Below the pieces are notes generated by a model. That model made no database searches. It was not told the DNA's origin and saw nothing but the letters and a program-made list of their open reading frames with translations. Of a DNA stretch of 56,585 bases, positions 1 through 13,130 are shown piece by piece. The stretch covers positions 46,115,122 through 46,171,706 of the forward strand of contig NC_068992.1 in NCBI RefSeq assembly GCF_001194135.2, read 5' to 3'. The translations under genes and the position numbers were made by a program. The DNA comes from Octopus bimaculoides (Eukaryota). How positions within the stretch are numbered: the stretch's first letter is position 1; each line of letters begins with the position of its first letter.

Positions 1-111
1 AACACCAAATATACAGTGCGTGTGTTTTTATTGGCTAAACTGGCAATATGACCATCCCCAAGTACAACAACATCTGTTTCAACACACGATTTCACATAAA
101 AAATCTTGCAA

Positions 112-153
<42 letters not shown>

Positions 154-372
154 TGGATAGATAGATACATGTATAATTTACTATTTATTGTTTAATTGAA
201 AGCAACACATCCATTTCAAAGTAAGTTTAGCTTCACCTTTTTGATGTGATTCTCTATTCTTTACTGTTTTCTTCCTCCATCCTTCTGTAATTCCCATTTT
301 TCTCCCCACTCCCTCCTACACTGCTTTCTGTCTCTCTTTCTCTCCCTCTACTCAATAGTCTAATTTCTGAAT

Positions 373-583
373 ATCTTTTACTTGTTTCAGTCATTAGAAT
401 GTGGACATGTTGGGGCACCACCTTGAAGAAATTTTAGTTGAAACTATCGGCCTCAGGATCTATGTTTCGTTAAGCCTGGCACTTATTCAATTAGTCCCTT
501 CTGCAGAACCCCTATATTACAGGGATGTAAACAAACCACCACCAGTTGTCAACTGGTGGTGGGGGACCAACATAGACACAAAG

Positions 584-637
<54 letters not shown>

Positions 638-824
638 GCACATATATATATATGTATACAATGGGCTTTTTCAGCTTTCGTCTCCTACTTCCATTCACAA
701 AACTTTAGTCAGCCTGAAACAATAGTAGAAGACACTTGCCCAAGGTACCACACAGTGGGACTAAACCCAGAACCATATGGTTGGGAATCAAGCTTCTAAC
801 CAGACAGCCACACTTGCAGCTATA
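373..824 (-). mobile_element. SINE family S1 (tRNA-derived head, CORE-like segment, central microsatellite, 3' tail), older copy
   Basis: On the minus strand it has A/B-box-like motifs, then CCTTGGGCAAGTGTCTTCTACTA, a central (CA)n/(TA)n tract and the tail GACTGAAACAAGTAAAAGA. It aligns with the copies at 17358, 42367 and 52647. Confidence 0.8.
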
Positions 825-1026
825 TTTGATTTTTAATTATTTTCTTCATTCGTTTGCAAAAATACAAACATTCTCACACTGATGTGTAATTAATTAATAA
901 CAGTCGTTTAAACCAAATGTGTTATATTAAGAAAATATATGAAACCTTCCCATTACACACAGAGGTAGTTAACACACACCCTCACAAACACAACATCATC
1001 ACCATCACCATCAGCATTGTCCTCCT

Positions 1027-1070
1027 CATTATCGTTTTAACGTCTACATTTCCATGCTTGCATGGGTCAA
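1027..1070 (-). mobile_element. Short 3' tail remnant of SINE family S2
   Basis: cgttttaacgtctacatttccatgcttgcatgggt matches the tail of the S2 copies at 8485 and 56307. Confidence 0.55.
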
Positions 1071-1209
1071 AATTCACCGACTCTCACTCATAATGATGAC
1101 TGAGATGGGGATGGTGATGGTAGTGTTGGCATTGTTTTCTATTGAATAAAAGTGAATCTTGTCAATTATTAACTGCGTGCCTCATCATATGAGAGAAGTA
1201 AACAAGTAA

Positions 1210-1402
1210 TGTAAAGATTTTTTTTCTTCAGTGCAAACTAAAAATATTTGTCTGTTATATGTTGTCTGAGTGAATCTGTCAGTGCTGTACTGCTGTTTAT
1301 TTAAAAATATAACTGCTACTGTTTTGAAAAATAAAAAAGAAATTAAAAAAGAACTAACAAAAAAAAAACAATCTGACATTGAAAAATCAGCACTTATTAA
1401 TG
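1210..1402. repeat. Direct repeat, copy 1 (about 170-190 bp)
   Basis: gtaaagattt..cttcagtgcaaactaaaaatatttg..ctgttatatgttgtct..gaaaaatcag is repeated at 2082-2253. Confidence 0.85.
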
Positions 1403-1559
1403 AAAATATAAATCTTAAGAAAGTATGATCAGGTAAAGATAGTCATGTTGTGTTGGCACTGAAAATTATAGTTTGGCATCACTACCACCACCACCACCAC
1501 CGCCACCACCACCACCACCATAACCACCACCATCATCATCACGTATGTAGCAAAAAAGA

Positions 1560-2045
1560 TCGCTTCCATTAATAGACTGCTAGTGCATCAAAATGCAGAT
1601 GAATTTATAAAGGAAATGGGTACGGAAAATTTCACTAATGGATGGACTAACAGGTGAAAAAAATAGAAGAATACTGTGTAGAAATGGAGAAGGGAAATGT
1701 TTTCCTTTTTTGGTTTTATTCTTATATATACATGTATCAACTGAGATTAGGATTAAGACAAGATACTATTGAATTATTGCAGAATATTTTCCAGAAAGTA
1801 TTTTTAATTCAGATGAAAGAAGGATCTGTTTTATGTAATGCTCCAAAATAATTACTTGTTTAAAAATGAAAATGATTAAGAACTTAAATATTTGAAAGAG
1901 TGCATGTCTGTATTTTGTTATAGTAAAATGAAGACACAATCAGAAGTGCTCCAGGTGAATGGAAAAATAAAATCTCAGTATTTTAATGTTAGTCAAAAGA
2001 TTACCTGTTCAAAACTCTTCCAATGCAGTCACATGCATGGCTACA
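1560..2045 (+). mobile_element. pogo/Tigger transposase remnant, N-terminal part (CENP-B-type HTH and first DDE motif)
   Basis: Frameshifted translation gives ASINRLLVHQNADEFIKEMGTENFTNGWTNR (HTH), YFPESIFNSDE (cf. IFNADETGL) and KRLPVQNSSNAVTCMAT (cf. LPVxYxxNxKAWMT). Confidence 0.75.
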
Positions 2046-2081
2046 GTTATGTTTAACAACAACTTATTTAGCCCTAAATAG

Positions 2082-2253
2082 TGTAAAGATTTTTCTCTTC
2101 AGTGCAAACTAAAAATATTTGCCTGTTATATGTTGTCTCAGTGAATTTGTAAGTGCTGTATTGCTGTTTATTTAAAAATATTATTGCTACTAATTTGAAA
2201 AAAAAAAACCTACAAAAAACAATCTGGCATTGAAAAATCAGAACTTACTAATG
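2082..2253. repeat. Direct repeat, copy 2, inside the insertion that splits the Tigger remnant
   Basis: Aligns with 1210-1402. Confidence 0.85.
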
Positions 2254-2259
2254 TTTCAG

Positions 2260-2450
2260 GTCCTATGATATGAGCTTTCTGCTTAGGGTGATCCGAATTA
2301 AAACCTTCCATCAAAATTCAATGTTAATTTTATGTTCCAAACACCTGCTCAGTAATGACAAAGTTATTTTACTAAGGTTTAAATTTTTAAAAAATTAAAT
2401 GAAACAAAAGCAACATATTTCAACAGAACTATGGTAACAAAAGGGTTAGA
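2260..2450. mobile_element. Non-autonomous (MITE-like) repeat fragment inserted in the Tigger remnant
   Basis: It interrupts otherwise collinear transposase and ends in ggtaacaaaagggttaga, which resembles a TTAACCCTTT-type terminal repeat. The family assignment is from recall only. Confidence 0.35.
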
Positions 2451-2459
2451 GGAATTTGG

Positions 2460-3000
2460 AATTAGAGTGAAAAATTGTTTTCTTTGTTGACAGTTGTATG
2501 GAACATAGAAATATCTAGTCATTAAATGACACCAAAATTATTTTTAAGCCTTCAAATACAATGGTTAACTCATTCATGTGATCAAGCCATCATACAAGTT
2601 TTGAAGGCTTATTAGCAAAGAGAAATTTGTAGAAAAATTTAAACCAAACTTGATGATATTCAAAGCCAGTCTCATGCAAATTCAATTACAAAATGGTTTT
2701 CGTTCTTGATGAATTTTATATTCCAGCAATGTCAGGGAAGAAAGTCTCAGAGGGAACTATCCAAAATTGTGGATTCTCTAAAACAAGCACAAAAGCACCT
2801 TCTACTAAGGAATTAGAGGTTCTTGATAAAACTACTGACAACATATATTTGTTTTAGTATTGATGAATTTCAAATTCTAGCAGTGTCACAGAAGACAGTC
2901 CCAGGGGGAACTGTCCAAAACTGTTTCATAAAAAATGAGTTTCCTAAAACAAGCATAAAAATGCCACCAGTTCATATGGAATTAGAGATTATTACAAATG
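2460..3000 (+). mobile_element. pogo/Tigger transposase remnant, DDE C-terminal part with an internal tandem duplication
   Basis: KIVFFVDSCMEH..KIIFKPSNT..CDQAIIQVLKA (cf. LLLDNCxAH..FLPPNTTSxLQPxDQGII). Two copies of the TIQNC/TVQNCF segment follow. Confidence 0.8.
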
Positions 3001-3689
3001 AAATTCTCAACATAACTCTAAAGAGCATGCAAAAAGAAAAGTTTGGAAAATTGGTTTGCAACTAAAGTGAAAGTTCTGTTGGTGGTGTCAGAAATATGCC
3101 AAGCTATCTTAATAATGTCAGAAATATGGCAAGCTGTTACTGACGTAAAATTGAAAGAAAAAGATGAAATAAACCTTGAGAAGGAAATTAAAAATTTCCT
3201 CCTGTTTAGATGTGAGAATTCCAAAACATATTTAGTATTTACATACATCAATCAACAGACTTTCAAATGCATATGTATGTGACTAATTTATTAAACAAAT
3301 TACTAACACAAGAATTTTCAATAAGTTGTAGTAAATCAAATAAATAATGATTTCAAACCAATAATTATCAGAGTGACTACAGCCCTGAGATACTTTAACT
3401 TCTCTGCTTTCTCAGTGATGTTCTGCTAGCATGCAAAGTTCACTGGAAAGGTTTTCTTGAAAGGATCTATATCTCAGGCTTTGCAACACTAATTCTCATC
3501 CTTGTCTTGCAACTGCCTGCAGTGGACTGATTCACTGCTTACTGAAGACTACCTGCTGATGAGCTAAGTGCCACCATGTACAGCCAATATTAGCTGACTG
3601 ATCCTACACACACTGATTGAGATACCACTCAAACAATGGCTGTGTACAGTAATACAATAATTCCAGCATTCGATCTCCAAAGGAAAGAG

Positions 3690-3950
3690 ATTGGTAGAAA
3701 ACCAAATTCACTCTCTTCAATTTGGTTTTCATACCTGATCCTCACCTATGCTAATGAATGTTGGGTATTACCTGAGAAAGTATAATGGTAAATACAAGCA
3801 GCCAAAATAGGGTTTCTTTGAAGGATCTTTTGAGTATTTCTATTCAACTGAGTGTGTAGCTCAGAGATCAAATAGTCTCTTCAGGTTGAGCTGCTGCTTC
3901 ACCATGTTGAGAAGTCATTTTTCTGGTACTATGGGGATTACATTTACATG
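3690..3950 (+). mobile_element. RTE-clade LINE remnant (Expander/RTE-1-like), region after the RT
   Basis: KEIGRK-TKFTLFNLVFIP-ILTYANECWVL..IQAAKIGFL*RI..SSEIK*SLQVELLLHHVEKS matches the RTE pattern KLSIFKSVFVPILTYGHESWV..QASEMRFLRRI. It contains several stops. Confidence 0.8.
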
Positions 3951-5298
3951 CACCTTAGTTCAACAGGAGACTGGGTCCAGTTATTGCACATTGTGGAACT
4001 ATTGAGAGATATTACAGTGGACCTTCAAACCAAGGCTACATGCCGAAATACACCCATCTACAGATATATATGAATGCATATATAACAGGCAGTTACATAT
4101 ATTTTCCATCTCCCAAAATACACTCAAACGTTGCAGGTCACATCAGACCTCTAATAGAAGTTATTTCCTTTTGGTGCCACCAAATCCAAGATCATGTAGT
4201 TACAAAGCAAAGTTCATAATCACACAGCCATGCCTCTTTTTGACAAAGGATATTAATTAGTGGAACTTGTAGAAATCTACAGGACAGAAGATATAGTCAT
4301 GTTCCCAATAAATTTAGATAAATCCAGGAATATGTGTATTATTATGGAGGTATATGTTTGTCGCGTTATATGACAATTCACATTTTTAATTTGAAAGTCA
4401 GTGTATTTGGCACTTATTGGTTAAGAGTACATTTTTAACTCCATTCCTAACTTAATTTCCTTTCATTTCTGAATACAATATTTTGTTGTTTTGTTCTTTT
4501 TTTTTTTTAATCAGAAAACTAATTAAAGCGAGGTGGATTTTAGTTGCTTTCTGTTTTTGTTTTTAATGTCTGTAAATATAAAAGCAGTTATTCCACATAT
4601 ATTTGTGTGTTGTGTGCTAGTGTGTGCATGCTTGCATTTTCATTTGCATTTGAAGTGAATAAATATATTTTGTTTGAATTTATAATTTGTAATTACATTT
4701 CCATCGTTAATAAATCAGAAACAAAAGCAATTTTAATATGTAGAAAGTGAAACGGTACAATACTAATGCTTTCATTAATGAATCAACATTATTTTCATTA
4801 CTTTGAAAACTAATATCGTTTATTCACATTCTGTAACCATGTAATTATTATATAGATGCATTTATATAAAGCATTGGATTGAGATTCCTTATTATTGGGG
4901 TTTTTTATTAAATTATTTTATATTATTTTAAAATTTTATTTTTAATTTCTTGATTTTTATGTTAAAAATATAACACAAAAAATAAAAGATATATATTCAA
5001 TATGAGTTAGAGGTGGGAATATAAAAAAATCCATGATTAAAGTGTCACTAATTTTCCAAGGCTTTTGGTATTTGACAGAAGAAAGGACAATTAAAATCAA
5101 AAATAGCTTTATTACAAAATTACTTTATTATTTTTAAATTGCTTTTGAAATATAAATTTTAGTTTAATAAGGAGAAAGAAACAACTAAAACAAAAAGGAA
5201 AGTGCCAATTAAAATTGCTTAAAACATAAGTAACTTTTTGTAAATGAATTTTCTTTTTTTTTTTTTTTGTTCTCTCCCTTTCTCATTTTCTCTCTCTT

Positions 5299-6300
5299 GA
5301 TGGCAGCATGCTCAACTTGAGATAATTGCAGTTCACATACAAGACACAGGAACAAATCCTCTAGGAGCTACTTTTTTGCTGATGATACTGTATATGTTGC
5401 CAACATAAAATCAGCTCCACAGCATTTAATATCTTGCATTGCCATACTCTTCAGACTGAAGTTAGCTGGTAAAATATGGGAGTTCTCAATCAGTCTAGTT
5501 TTGAGGAAGGTTACCACCATCCTTGCATCAACATCTCAGCAACAGAGCTGAAGACAGTCCAGCAGATCAACTTCCTGCAGTAATAATGTCATCTGCTGCT
5601 TAGATTTGCAAAGAAGCTGATAACAGATGTACAAAAACCAAGCAGCACATTTGGCAAGAGACTGTAAAAGAACCCGAAACAACAAACACCTGAGCAAAGA
5701 CACCCCTCTACAGACCACCCTCCTCTACTGCTCTGAATTGTGGGTTATCTGGCATCATCAACTAGAACTACCTGATTGCATCCACTGGCACCACCTCCTC
5801 ACCATCCTGAACGTCCAGTGAAGTAGCTTTATTATCAACACTCTAAATCCTCAAATGTGATAGAAATCACTAATATTGAATCACTGAGCTGCACAGAGCA
5901 AGGCTTATTTCTAGAACAGAAGATAATTGGTTTTCCAAGTTAGTGCTGTTTGATAAATATCTACTGGCCACTGTGACAGAATGAGATACCAACAAAATGT
6001 TGAAAAGACTCTCTAACAAAATCCCTTGGTAACTGTCAAATCACTCATCGGTGATTTAATATTGAGTGATGTGAAGCTTGGTGACACACCATTCTCTTTT
6101 CTGTTTCTTTCTTTGGGAACACATCCAGGCCTAACCTTTGATAGAAAAGTATATTGAGAAAGAAACATGCCACTCAGAATGGAATCCTGCTGCAACTACT
6201 GCATCCTGTCTCCCATCTGTATATTAGCCTAACCAACAACTAAGAAGCTTGTAGCTGTTGTGGATGTCTCCCTTCATGGATCTTCATAATGCTAAGACAT
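5299..6300 (+). mobile_element. RTE/BovB-like LINE remnant, RT through 3' end
   Basis: DGSMLNLR*LQFTYKTQEQIL*ELLF-ADD and NNKHLSK..TTLLYCSELWVIWHHQLEL..TILNVQ* are collinear with BovB-like RT (DGKLFNLRRL..ELLFADD; NNKHL..TTLLYGSESW). Confidence 0.85.
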
Positions 6301-6619
6301 AATTGGGGATACAGACTATAGTCTGAATTCACTTTAGTTCATATATATTATGTTGTCTATTCACAGTAGAATGTATATTACTAAGAAAAATTTAGAATTG
6401 TTCAAAAAGGGAACTACAGTAGGGAAAGGAAAAAAAAGAGCTGTTGAGTACTATGAAACAACAAAGTTTTCTTGTAAATTAATCAACTATACAAGAAGCT
6501 GCTTGCTTATAAAATAGCCGAACATTAACAATTTTTGAAAATAGAATTTTTAACAGTCTCTGTATTTGATGCTGTTGATAATGTCTGCCTGGAATTAAAA
6601 GCAAATATTGAAGCCCTAT

Positions 6620-6960
6620 CTTTGTCAAGGTGAACTGTAGTTTATCACATTTATCCTATTTTGCAGTATCTGTTAGGACTTGAAGTCTTTTACCCCCATC
6701 TATTGCCAGTGAAAGTATTCACTGAGTATAAATGGGAGTCCCAACTTACATGACAGTAAAACTGCCTGAATTCATTCAAGGAAGTGAAGATCCTTTTGCA
6801 AATACTGAAGATTCACTGTCAGCTAAACTATTAACAGAATCTGCAATTGGCCAAGATTATTTGTATGATGAAGTTAAAACCTGTTGGGAAAATTTAGTTT
6901 GCATTGGAACAATTTGGCAAGCATTGCAACAAATGATGCACCTAGGTAAACAGGAGAACA
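6620..6960 (+). mobile_element. Possible decayed Penelope-type GIY-YIG endonuclease fragment
   Basis: VVYHI and ESAIGQDYL resemble the VVY..YIG and SAIGQHL motifs. The match is weak and there is no clear YIG. Confidence 0.3.
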
Positions 6961-7212
6961 TGCTGGCTTCATAAAATTGCTTTATGATAAAGAGAACGAG
7001 CATCTACTTCACACTGGGTTATTGTTCCATTACATTATCCATCAGGAAGGTCTGTGTAAATTTCTCTTGGACTTTAAATGTGTGATTGATACTGTGGTAT
7101 ATGCTATTAGCTTAGTAAGAACCAAGGATTTAAAACATAGATAATCTAAATGTTCTAGAATTACAGTCAATGTAAATAAGATGTACAGTATCATATCAAT
7201 GCACAGTTGAGA

Positions 7213-7500
7213 AAATTCCTGCATCATAGCAATGTAAGTTGTTTAACTATTAAACTTTTAGATCACTCTGTTAAATGTAATGCTTATTTATTCACATCCT
7301 TCATTAATCATGTACTATCTCATAGCTTCAAGATTTCAATGATGTGATCGTTTATTTTCAGAATGATATTGTAGTGTTGGGGCAAGAGGTCAGATATGAC
7401 CAGTTTAAATGCTGAAGGGACTGTTGGCATCGTAGCAATGTACATTGGTTAAGGCGAACGAACTTCCTGTATCATAGCAATGTACTTTGTTTAAGGTTGA
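7213..7500. repeat. Three copies of a ~25-nt motif GYATCRTAGCAATGTAnnnTGkTTAA
   Basis: Copies start near 7221, 7427 and 7469. The last two are tandem with a period of about 41 nt. Confidence 0.7.
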
Positions 7501-7789
7501 GCTGTTTTCTGGCTAGACTATCAGATTCTGAAAACAATTTTTTAATTAGAGTTGCTGCCCTCCTAAATAGCTTCAATGGCCACATCTTACTCATAAACAT
7601 TTAACTTTTAATTGCATTAATTCTAATTATGCTTTGGTGTCAAAATAACTTATATTTTGGTTTTCTGCTGAATGAAAACTACTAGAAAGCTTACAGATGG
7701 TTGTGTGTCTGTCAGGGAGAAACGTTTCTTCATTGCCATTATAGCTTACACACAGCATAATGTACGTACAGCCACATTGTATATATTAA

Positions 7790-8170
7790 ATTGTAGTCTA
7801 TATACAATATAATCTACATATAGTATTGTCCATACACAATGCCATATTATCTATAAGTTGTGTACTCTATACAATATATAGCATATCCTATGTAGGATGC
7901 ACTGCATAGGATAGTCTGTAATACAGCATATTCAGTACATAAGACTGTTTATAATGTGGTATAAACATTATAGTATATAGGTTGTGTAATGTGTGCATAT
8001 ATATATATATATACATAAGTTATGTATAGAGTATTAGCCTATACATATAATAGTCTATATACAATGTAGTCAATGAATTGTGTAGTCTAAATCCATCATA
8101 GCAAATATATATTTTATAATCTATACAAAGAAACGTCTATATACAATATAATCTACAAGTTCTATTGTAT
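7790..8170. repeat. Degenerate AT-rich minisatellite-like tract
   Basis: Recurrent gtctatatacaatataatctaca-like units. Confidence 0.5.
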
Positions 8171-8484
8171 ATATGCCACACAGGTCAGGATGTGTCCAAA
8201 AAGAAAGTAAGCTTTTTAAAAAATAAATATATTGCTTTAGTTTACTATTTAATCAGGTTTGCATTCTCCAAAATAATTGTTTCGATCAGATTTACCACTA
8301 CCAATGTTTTTGGTTTTTCTTTCCAGTTTTGGAATTGCAAAAGGAAAATTCATGTGAAACAGAAGAAATACACATATACATGCACATACCTGATAGTGTA
8401 GCATATAATATCGTACTACAGGTTAGTGTTGTAAGAGAAGAAGTGGTTCATTTGAATTTTGGACATGAGTGAGTTTTATATCGA

Positions 8485-8704
8485 ATCATCATCATCATCA
8501 TCATCGTTTAACATCCGCTTTCCACGCTAGCATGGGTTGGACGATTTGACTGAGGACTGGTGAACCAGATGACTACACCAGGCTCCAATCTGATTTGGCA
8601 GAGTTTCTACAGCTGGATGCCTTTCGTAACGCCAACCACTCCGAGAGTGTAGTGGGTGCTTTTACATGCCACCAGCACGAAGGCCAAGTCAGGCGGTACT
8701 GGCC
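8485..8704 (-). mobile_element. SINE family S2 (RTE-type tail with (ATG)n end), young 5'-truncated copy
   Basis: (CAT)n is followed by cgtttaacatccgctttccacgctagcatgggttggacg..ggatgcc..aacgccaacc. It is highly similar to the copies at 45500, 48629 and 56307. Confidence 0.85.
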
Positions 8705-9734
8705 AAGGTTTTGCTGTAGTATTCACATTTTCAAATAAGTCTGATCTGTTGTGGGAGAAACACGGTTTGTTAACTGGCAGTATTTTGCTTAAATCATTTT
8801 ATGGTTTGTGTATGGAGTTGACTGGATTCTATGACAAGAATATTTTTCAGCATGCTGTGCACACAAAGAGAGATGTCTTTAATGAATGGTGACCCAACAA
8901 ACTGACAGTTTATGGCAAACTTTAGGTGTTTTTACAAATTCTAACCTTGAGCATGTCTCTTTATTTCTACTTAACTCCTCAAATGTCACTTGAAGTATAT
9001 TGAGACAGTAGCTACCAATGATATTATATTCTCAATTGTTATATATCATTCACTTACGCAACTTTAAGAAGCTCTTCCTATTTTTATTTTTATATTCTAA
9101 TCCAAATTGCTTTCAAATACTCATAAAAAAATAAACAATGCACAATTTCATATGATAATAACACAAAAATACAGAATAACTATTAAAAATATTATATAAA
9201 AAATTAAAAAAAGATAATGATTCAATTTTAACAAATTTAAAAGTAAAATATCAAATTAAAATTTCAATATCAGACTCAATTTATTTGCAATTTTTGTACT
9301 TTTGTTTTATTGGCTTTTTGCATATTTTTCTCCCATATTTTCAAAATTGATCATTAAAATTAATTTCAACTGAAATCAAGAAGTGTTGCATTTTTAATGT
9401 AAAAGATATGAAAATGGTAAGATGATGACAAAGAATTAGCTGATGATGATGATTACTAAAAAAAAAAAGAATGTCAATAAATTCCAGTTAAAAGTCAACA
9501 TTGATGAATAAGCAGAATTCAGGAAAATTACATTTAAATAGAAAATATTTAGAAAAGAAAAAATTTTTAGATGATTAAAAACATTATATCTAAATACCAA
9601 TTAACAAATATAGAAGAGTTAGGAACGTCTGATAACGAGAGATAGTGGTCAGTAAGTTTAACTGGACAACATTGAGTGATAAAACTTGATTAAACAGAGG
9701 TTCTGTGGTGCCTATGTATAGCATAAAATAGTGC

Positions 9735-9880
9735 AGGATGCATGGTTAGTGGAGCAGCAGACTTGTGGGATTTAGTTACGTTCTAAGTTCAAATATCAGT
9801 GAGGTTAATTTTGTCTTTTGTCTTTCAGGGACAGATTAAATAAAGTAGCAGCTAGCTGTCAGGCTAGTTATAATCAAGTA
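9735..9880 (+). mobile_element. SINE family S3, degenerate copy
   Basis: tRNA-like B box (gttcaaat) followed by gaggttaattttgtcttt..gggacagattaaataaagtag. It matches the minus-strand copies at 40915-41560. Confidence 0.5.
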
Positions 9881-10094
9881 TGTTGTTTCTCTAAAGGTGT
9901 AACTGTGCCTAAATGAGAAATTATGATGAATTTTATCTTCCTGGATGAATAAGGTACCAATCAAATACTGGGTACTAATGCTTGCACATTAGAAATACTT
10001 TTCTCGTTAATTGCAGCCGCATCTAAACCGGGTGACCTGAGGTTGTTTAGCAAGTGACCTTGCTTCCAAGCTGACCTCACGCCACAAACATTCA

Positions 10095-10420
10095 CAACAT
10101 TCACAAGAATTCCTAGTGCTGTTAGCAGAGGTATGGTGACACTGCTGAGGAAGGATACCGACAATGGGCACATAGTAGAGAATTTTTGGCCCACAGAGTT
10201 TAATATTTTGACCAAGGTGTCAGTGAAAAGGCTGGTACTTGTTGTCGGTACCCTGGTCAGAGAAACGCAAACATGCACAATCCCTAGCAGGTCTATCCAC
10301 GACAATCTCCACCATATGCAATACATCATAGAGAGGGCTGGGATCACAGCTGGCTTCAGGGATGATCTGATAAATTTGGATCAATCAAAAGCATTCGACA
10401 GGGTCGACCGTCATGTTTTG
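10095..10420 (+). mobile_element. Tx1/L1-clade LINE reverse transcriptase fragment
   Basis: RIPSAVSRGMVTLLRK..NILTKVSVKRL..QTCTIPSRSIHDNL..INLDQSKAFDRVD matches Tx1-type RT domains (QTCxVPGRSIxDN..LDQEKAFDRVDH). Confidence 0.85.
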
Positions 10421-10918
10421 TTTTTGGGTTGATGGAAGGGATTGTACCCCGGGTCTTTGCAGACCCACCAAGATCAAGCACTTTGAGATTCAGAACTAGA
10501 TACCCAATATATAATCATTCTAAAGAAATGCAAACAGATTAAGAATTTTAACTAGTCAAATATTGTGGAGATTGGGGGTAAATTTGTGGGAGGTGTCATT
10601 TTAAAGGAGAAAGAAATTCTCAAATATTTAATTATATCGTTCTCATTTAATATAGTCTTACTTCCTTATATTATGTGGAATTTTGATGGAGAGCTGTCTA
10701 CAAGATCTTTCCATCTATTGTCTTGTTGCTGTTCCAACAGTAGCACTTCATGGCACTGAGGAATGGCAGGTTAAGAAACGATGAAGATGATGATGATTAC
10801 CATAACTTGTCAATGTCAAAGATAGATGAAATTCTATAAAAAGCAATTTTTAATTATGTCTCCAAGTTATGATAAGGTATTTTATGGTATTTAAGTGTCA
10901 GCTGTCATCTTTTATCAG

Positions 10919-10958
<40 letters not shown>

Positions 10959-12479
10959 GTTGTTGTTCCTGTTTTAGAGTTTTTATTTGTTATTTTTTGT
11001 TTGAGATTTTTTTTTATGTAGCTCTTGCCAAATATATTGGTAACTGCTGCTGCTGTGTAAATAACCATTCTCCTATTGTACTGTAGCTGACCTTCCTGTT
11101 AATCACTGCTAACATCTAATACACACATGTGCATGCACACACGTGCACATGTGCACGCACACACGCACAGACACACACACACACACAAGACAGTGGTCTA
11201 TATGCATAAATCAGACAGATATCTTATTTTGACATGGAAAGAAACTAAGTCCTGAATAAGTAATGTAAGATAAAATGGTACAGAAGATTTTACAGGAATC
11301 ACACGCACACACACTACCAATGCTTACATTAATGACTATTGTAGCTAGGTAAAATGTGAAAAATGTGTAAGAGCATGTTTGTTAGTGCAGTGTAGCCAAA
11401 TTGTTAAGTTCACTTAGCAATCATTTGGCCCTGATTTCAATTCTGATATGTTGTATCTTGAACAACAGTAACTTTTATAGCCTCAGCTCAGGTCATATCT
11501 TGAGAGTGAAAGTGGGTTCGCAGGAACTGTACAAAAAAAGCCTGTTGGGTGGATTACATCTGGAATTGAAGGGTCCACCCTTCTTGTCACACTGTGTGAC
11601 ATGCACTACTTCTGCCTCAGAATTAATTTGAGATTACCTAAAAACTATTTTCTCTATACACATCACCGATATCATTTAATGACCAGCTTCGATGCATTGA
11701 CAGGATCTGATATGCTACAGGCTTGCTCTGTGCTCCAATGATTCCTTCCTATAACTGGACGCTCTCTTTAATGTCAGTCCTTTACACTTTGTGCATGACA
11801 CTAACACTAATGAGGTCACTAATGAGGTCAACAATAAGAGCCCAAAGGGATCTCTTTAACCAACGGAAAATAGAAGGATGGTTCCATGATTCTAGACGGG
11901 ATAACAAAGGAGAGCAAAGGAAGATGTGAAGAACAGATTTGTAATAATAAGAGAGGTGGTATTGGAGAGCGTAATAGGGTAGGCATGACTAGGGGAGGCT
12001 ACATGACAGAGAAAAGAGGAAAAGGAAGTGATTAGTGTCAGAAATTAGTGAGAAAGGAAGGGATAGAAAGGAAAGGCAAATTGAGATGGGTAAGGCTGGG
12101 CTATCCCTTATTAAAAAGGTATGAAACTGTGAGGGAGAGAAGATGAGAAAAGAAGAAATAGATGAAGGGGATGATAATACAGAAGAGAGGCACTGGAGGA
12201 AAAACAGGTGCAGGGATTAGGGAGTATATCAGAGGGAGAGGTATAAGATGAGACGTTGAGAAGATAGAGATGTGAAGAAAGGAAAAAATAAAGTAGAAAA
12301 CAAATTTGGCTGAATCAGTAAGTTTAGATAACAACACTACAGAAATAGCCAAAGAGACAAAAATGGCATGAAAACAGATTAAAAAGAAAAAAACATACAA
12401 CAAAGGAAATGGAGAGAAGACCACTCTACAGCCAATACCCAACAAAGTTCAGCAGAGAGGATTAATGTTAAAAATGGTT

Positions 12480-13130
12480 CAAAATTTCTGACTAAAATCA
12501 GAAATGGAAGGATTGATTCTCCCTGTACAAGACCACTGTCTGGCATCAAACAATTATAAGAATAAGATAACGAAAACAGATCCTAACACCAAATGCAGAT
12601 TGTGCCATCAGCACCATAATATGGTTGACTGCATCATTTCTGGTTGCCTATTGCATGTCAAATCTGAACATCTACACAGATATAATTGAGTGAGTAGCTG
12701 TATCCACTGGGTAATATGCCAACATTTCAAAGTGAAAACAGACAAAAAGTACAAAAATGTACCAAACATGATATTTGACATGAACTTGATGACAGTCATC
12801 TGGAATGCATAGGTTGAGATTGAGAAAGAAATGAAGGCAAACTAAACATTATGAGGGAGAGGGAAATAGAAACCCACACCAAACAGATACCAGAATCCCT
12901 TCTGACTTAAATATTGCCTAAAAAGAAGTGGAAAAAAACTATCAAAATCCAAGGATCTTGATATCAAAATATTCAAGAAGTAGGAGATGAAGGTAAAAAT
13001 GGTGCCACTAATAATTGGAGCATTAAGCATCATACAAAACATGGAAGACATACGATGGCTTACAACACTACACACAGTCAAAGAACAACTCTACAAGTAT
13101 CAGTTCATATGCTGTGCAAGACATTTTTGA
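12480..13130 (+). mobile_element. R4/Dong-clade LINE remnant, C-terminal zinc knuckle and restriction-like endonuclease
   Basis: EGLILPVQDHCLASNNY..KCRLC..IISGC..HRYN*VSSCIHWVIC..KLSKSKDLDIKI..MVPLIIGALS matches the R4/Dong pattern. Confidence 0.85.
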
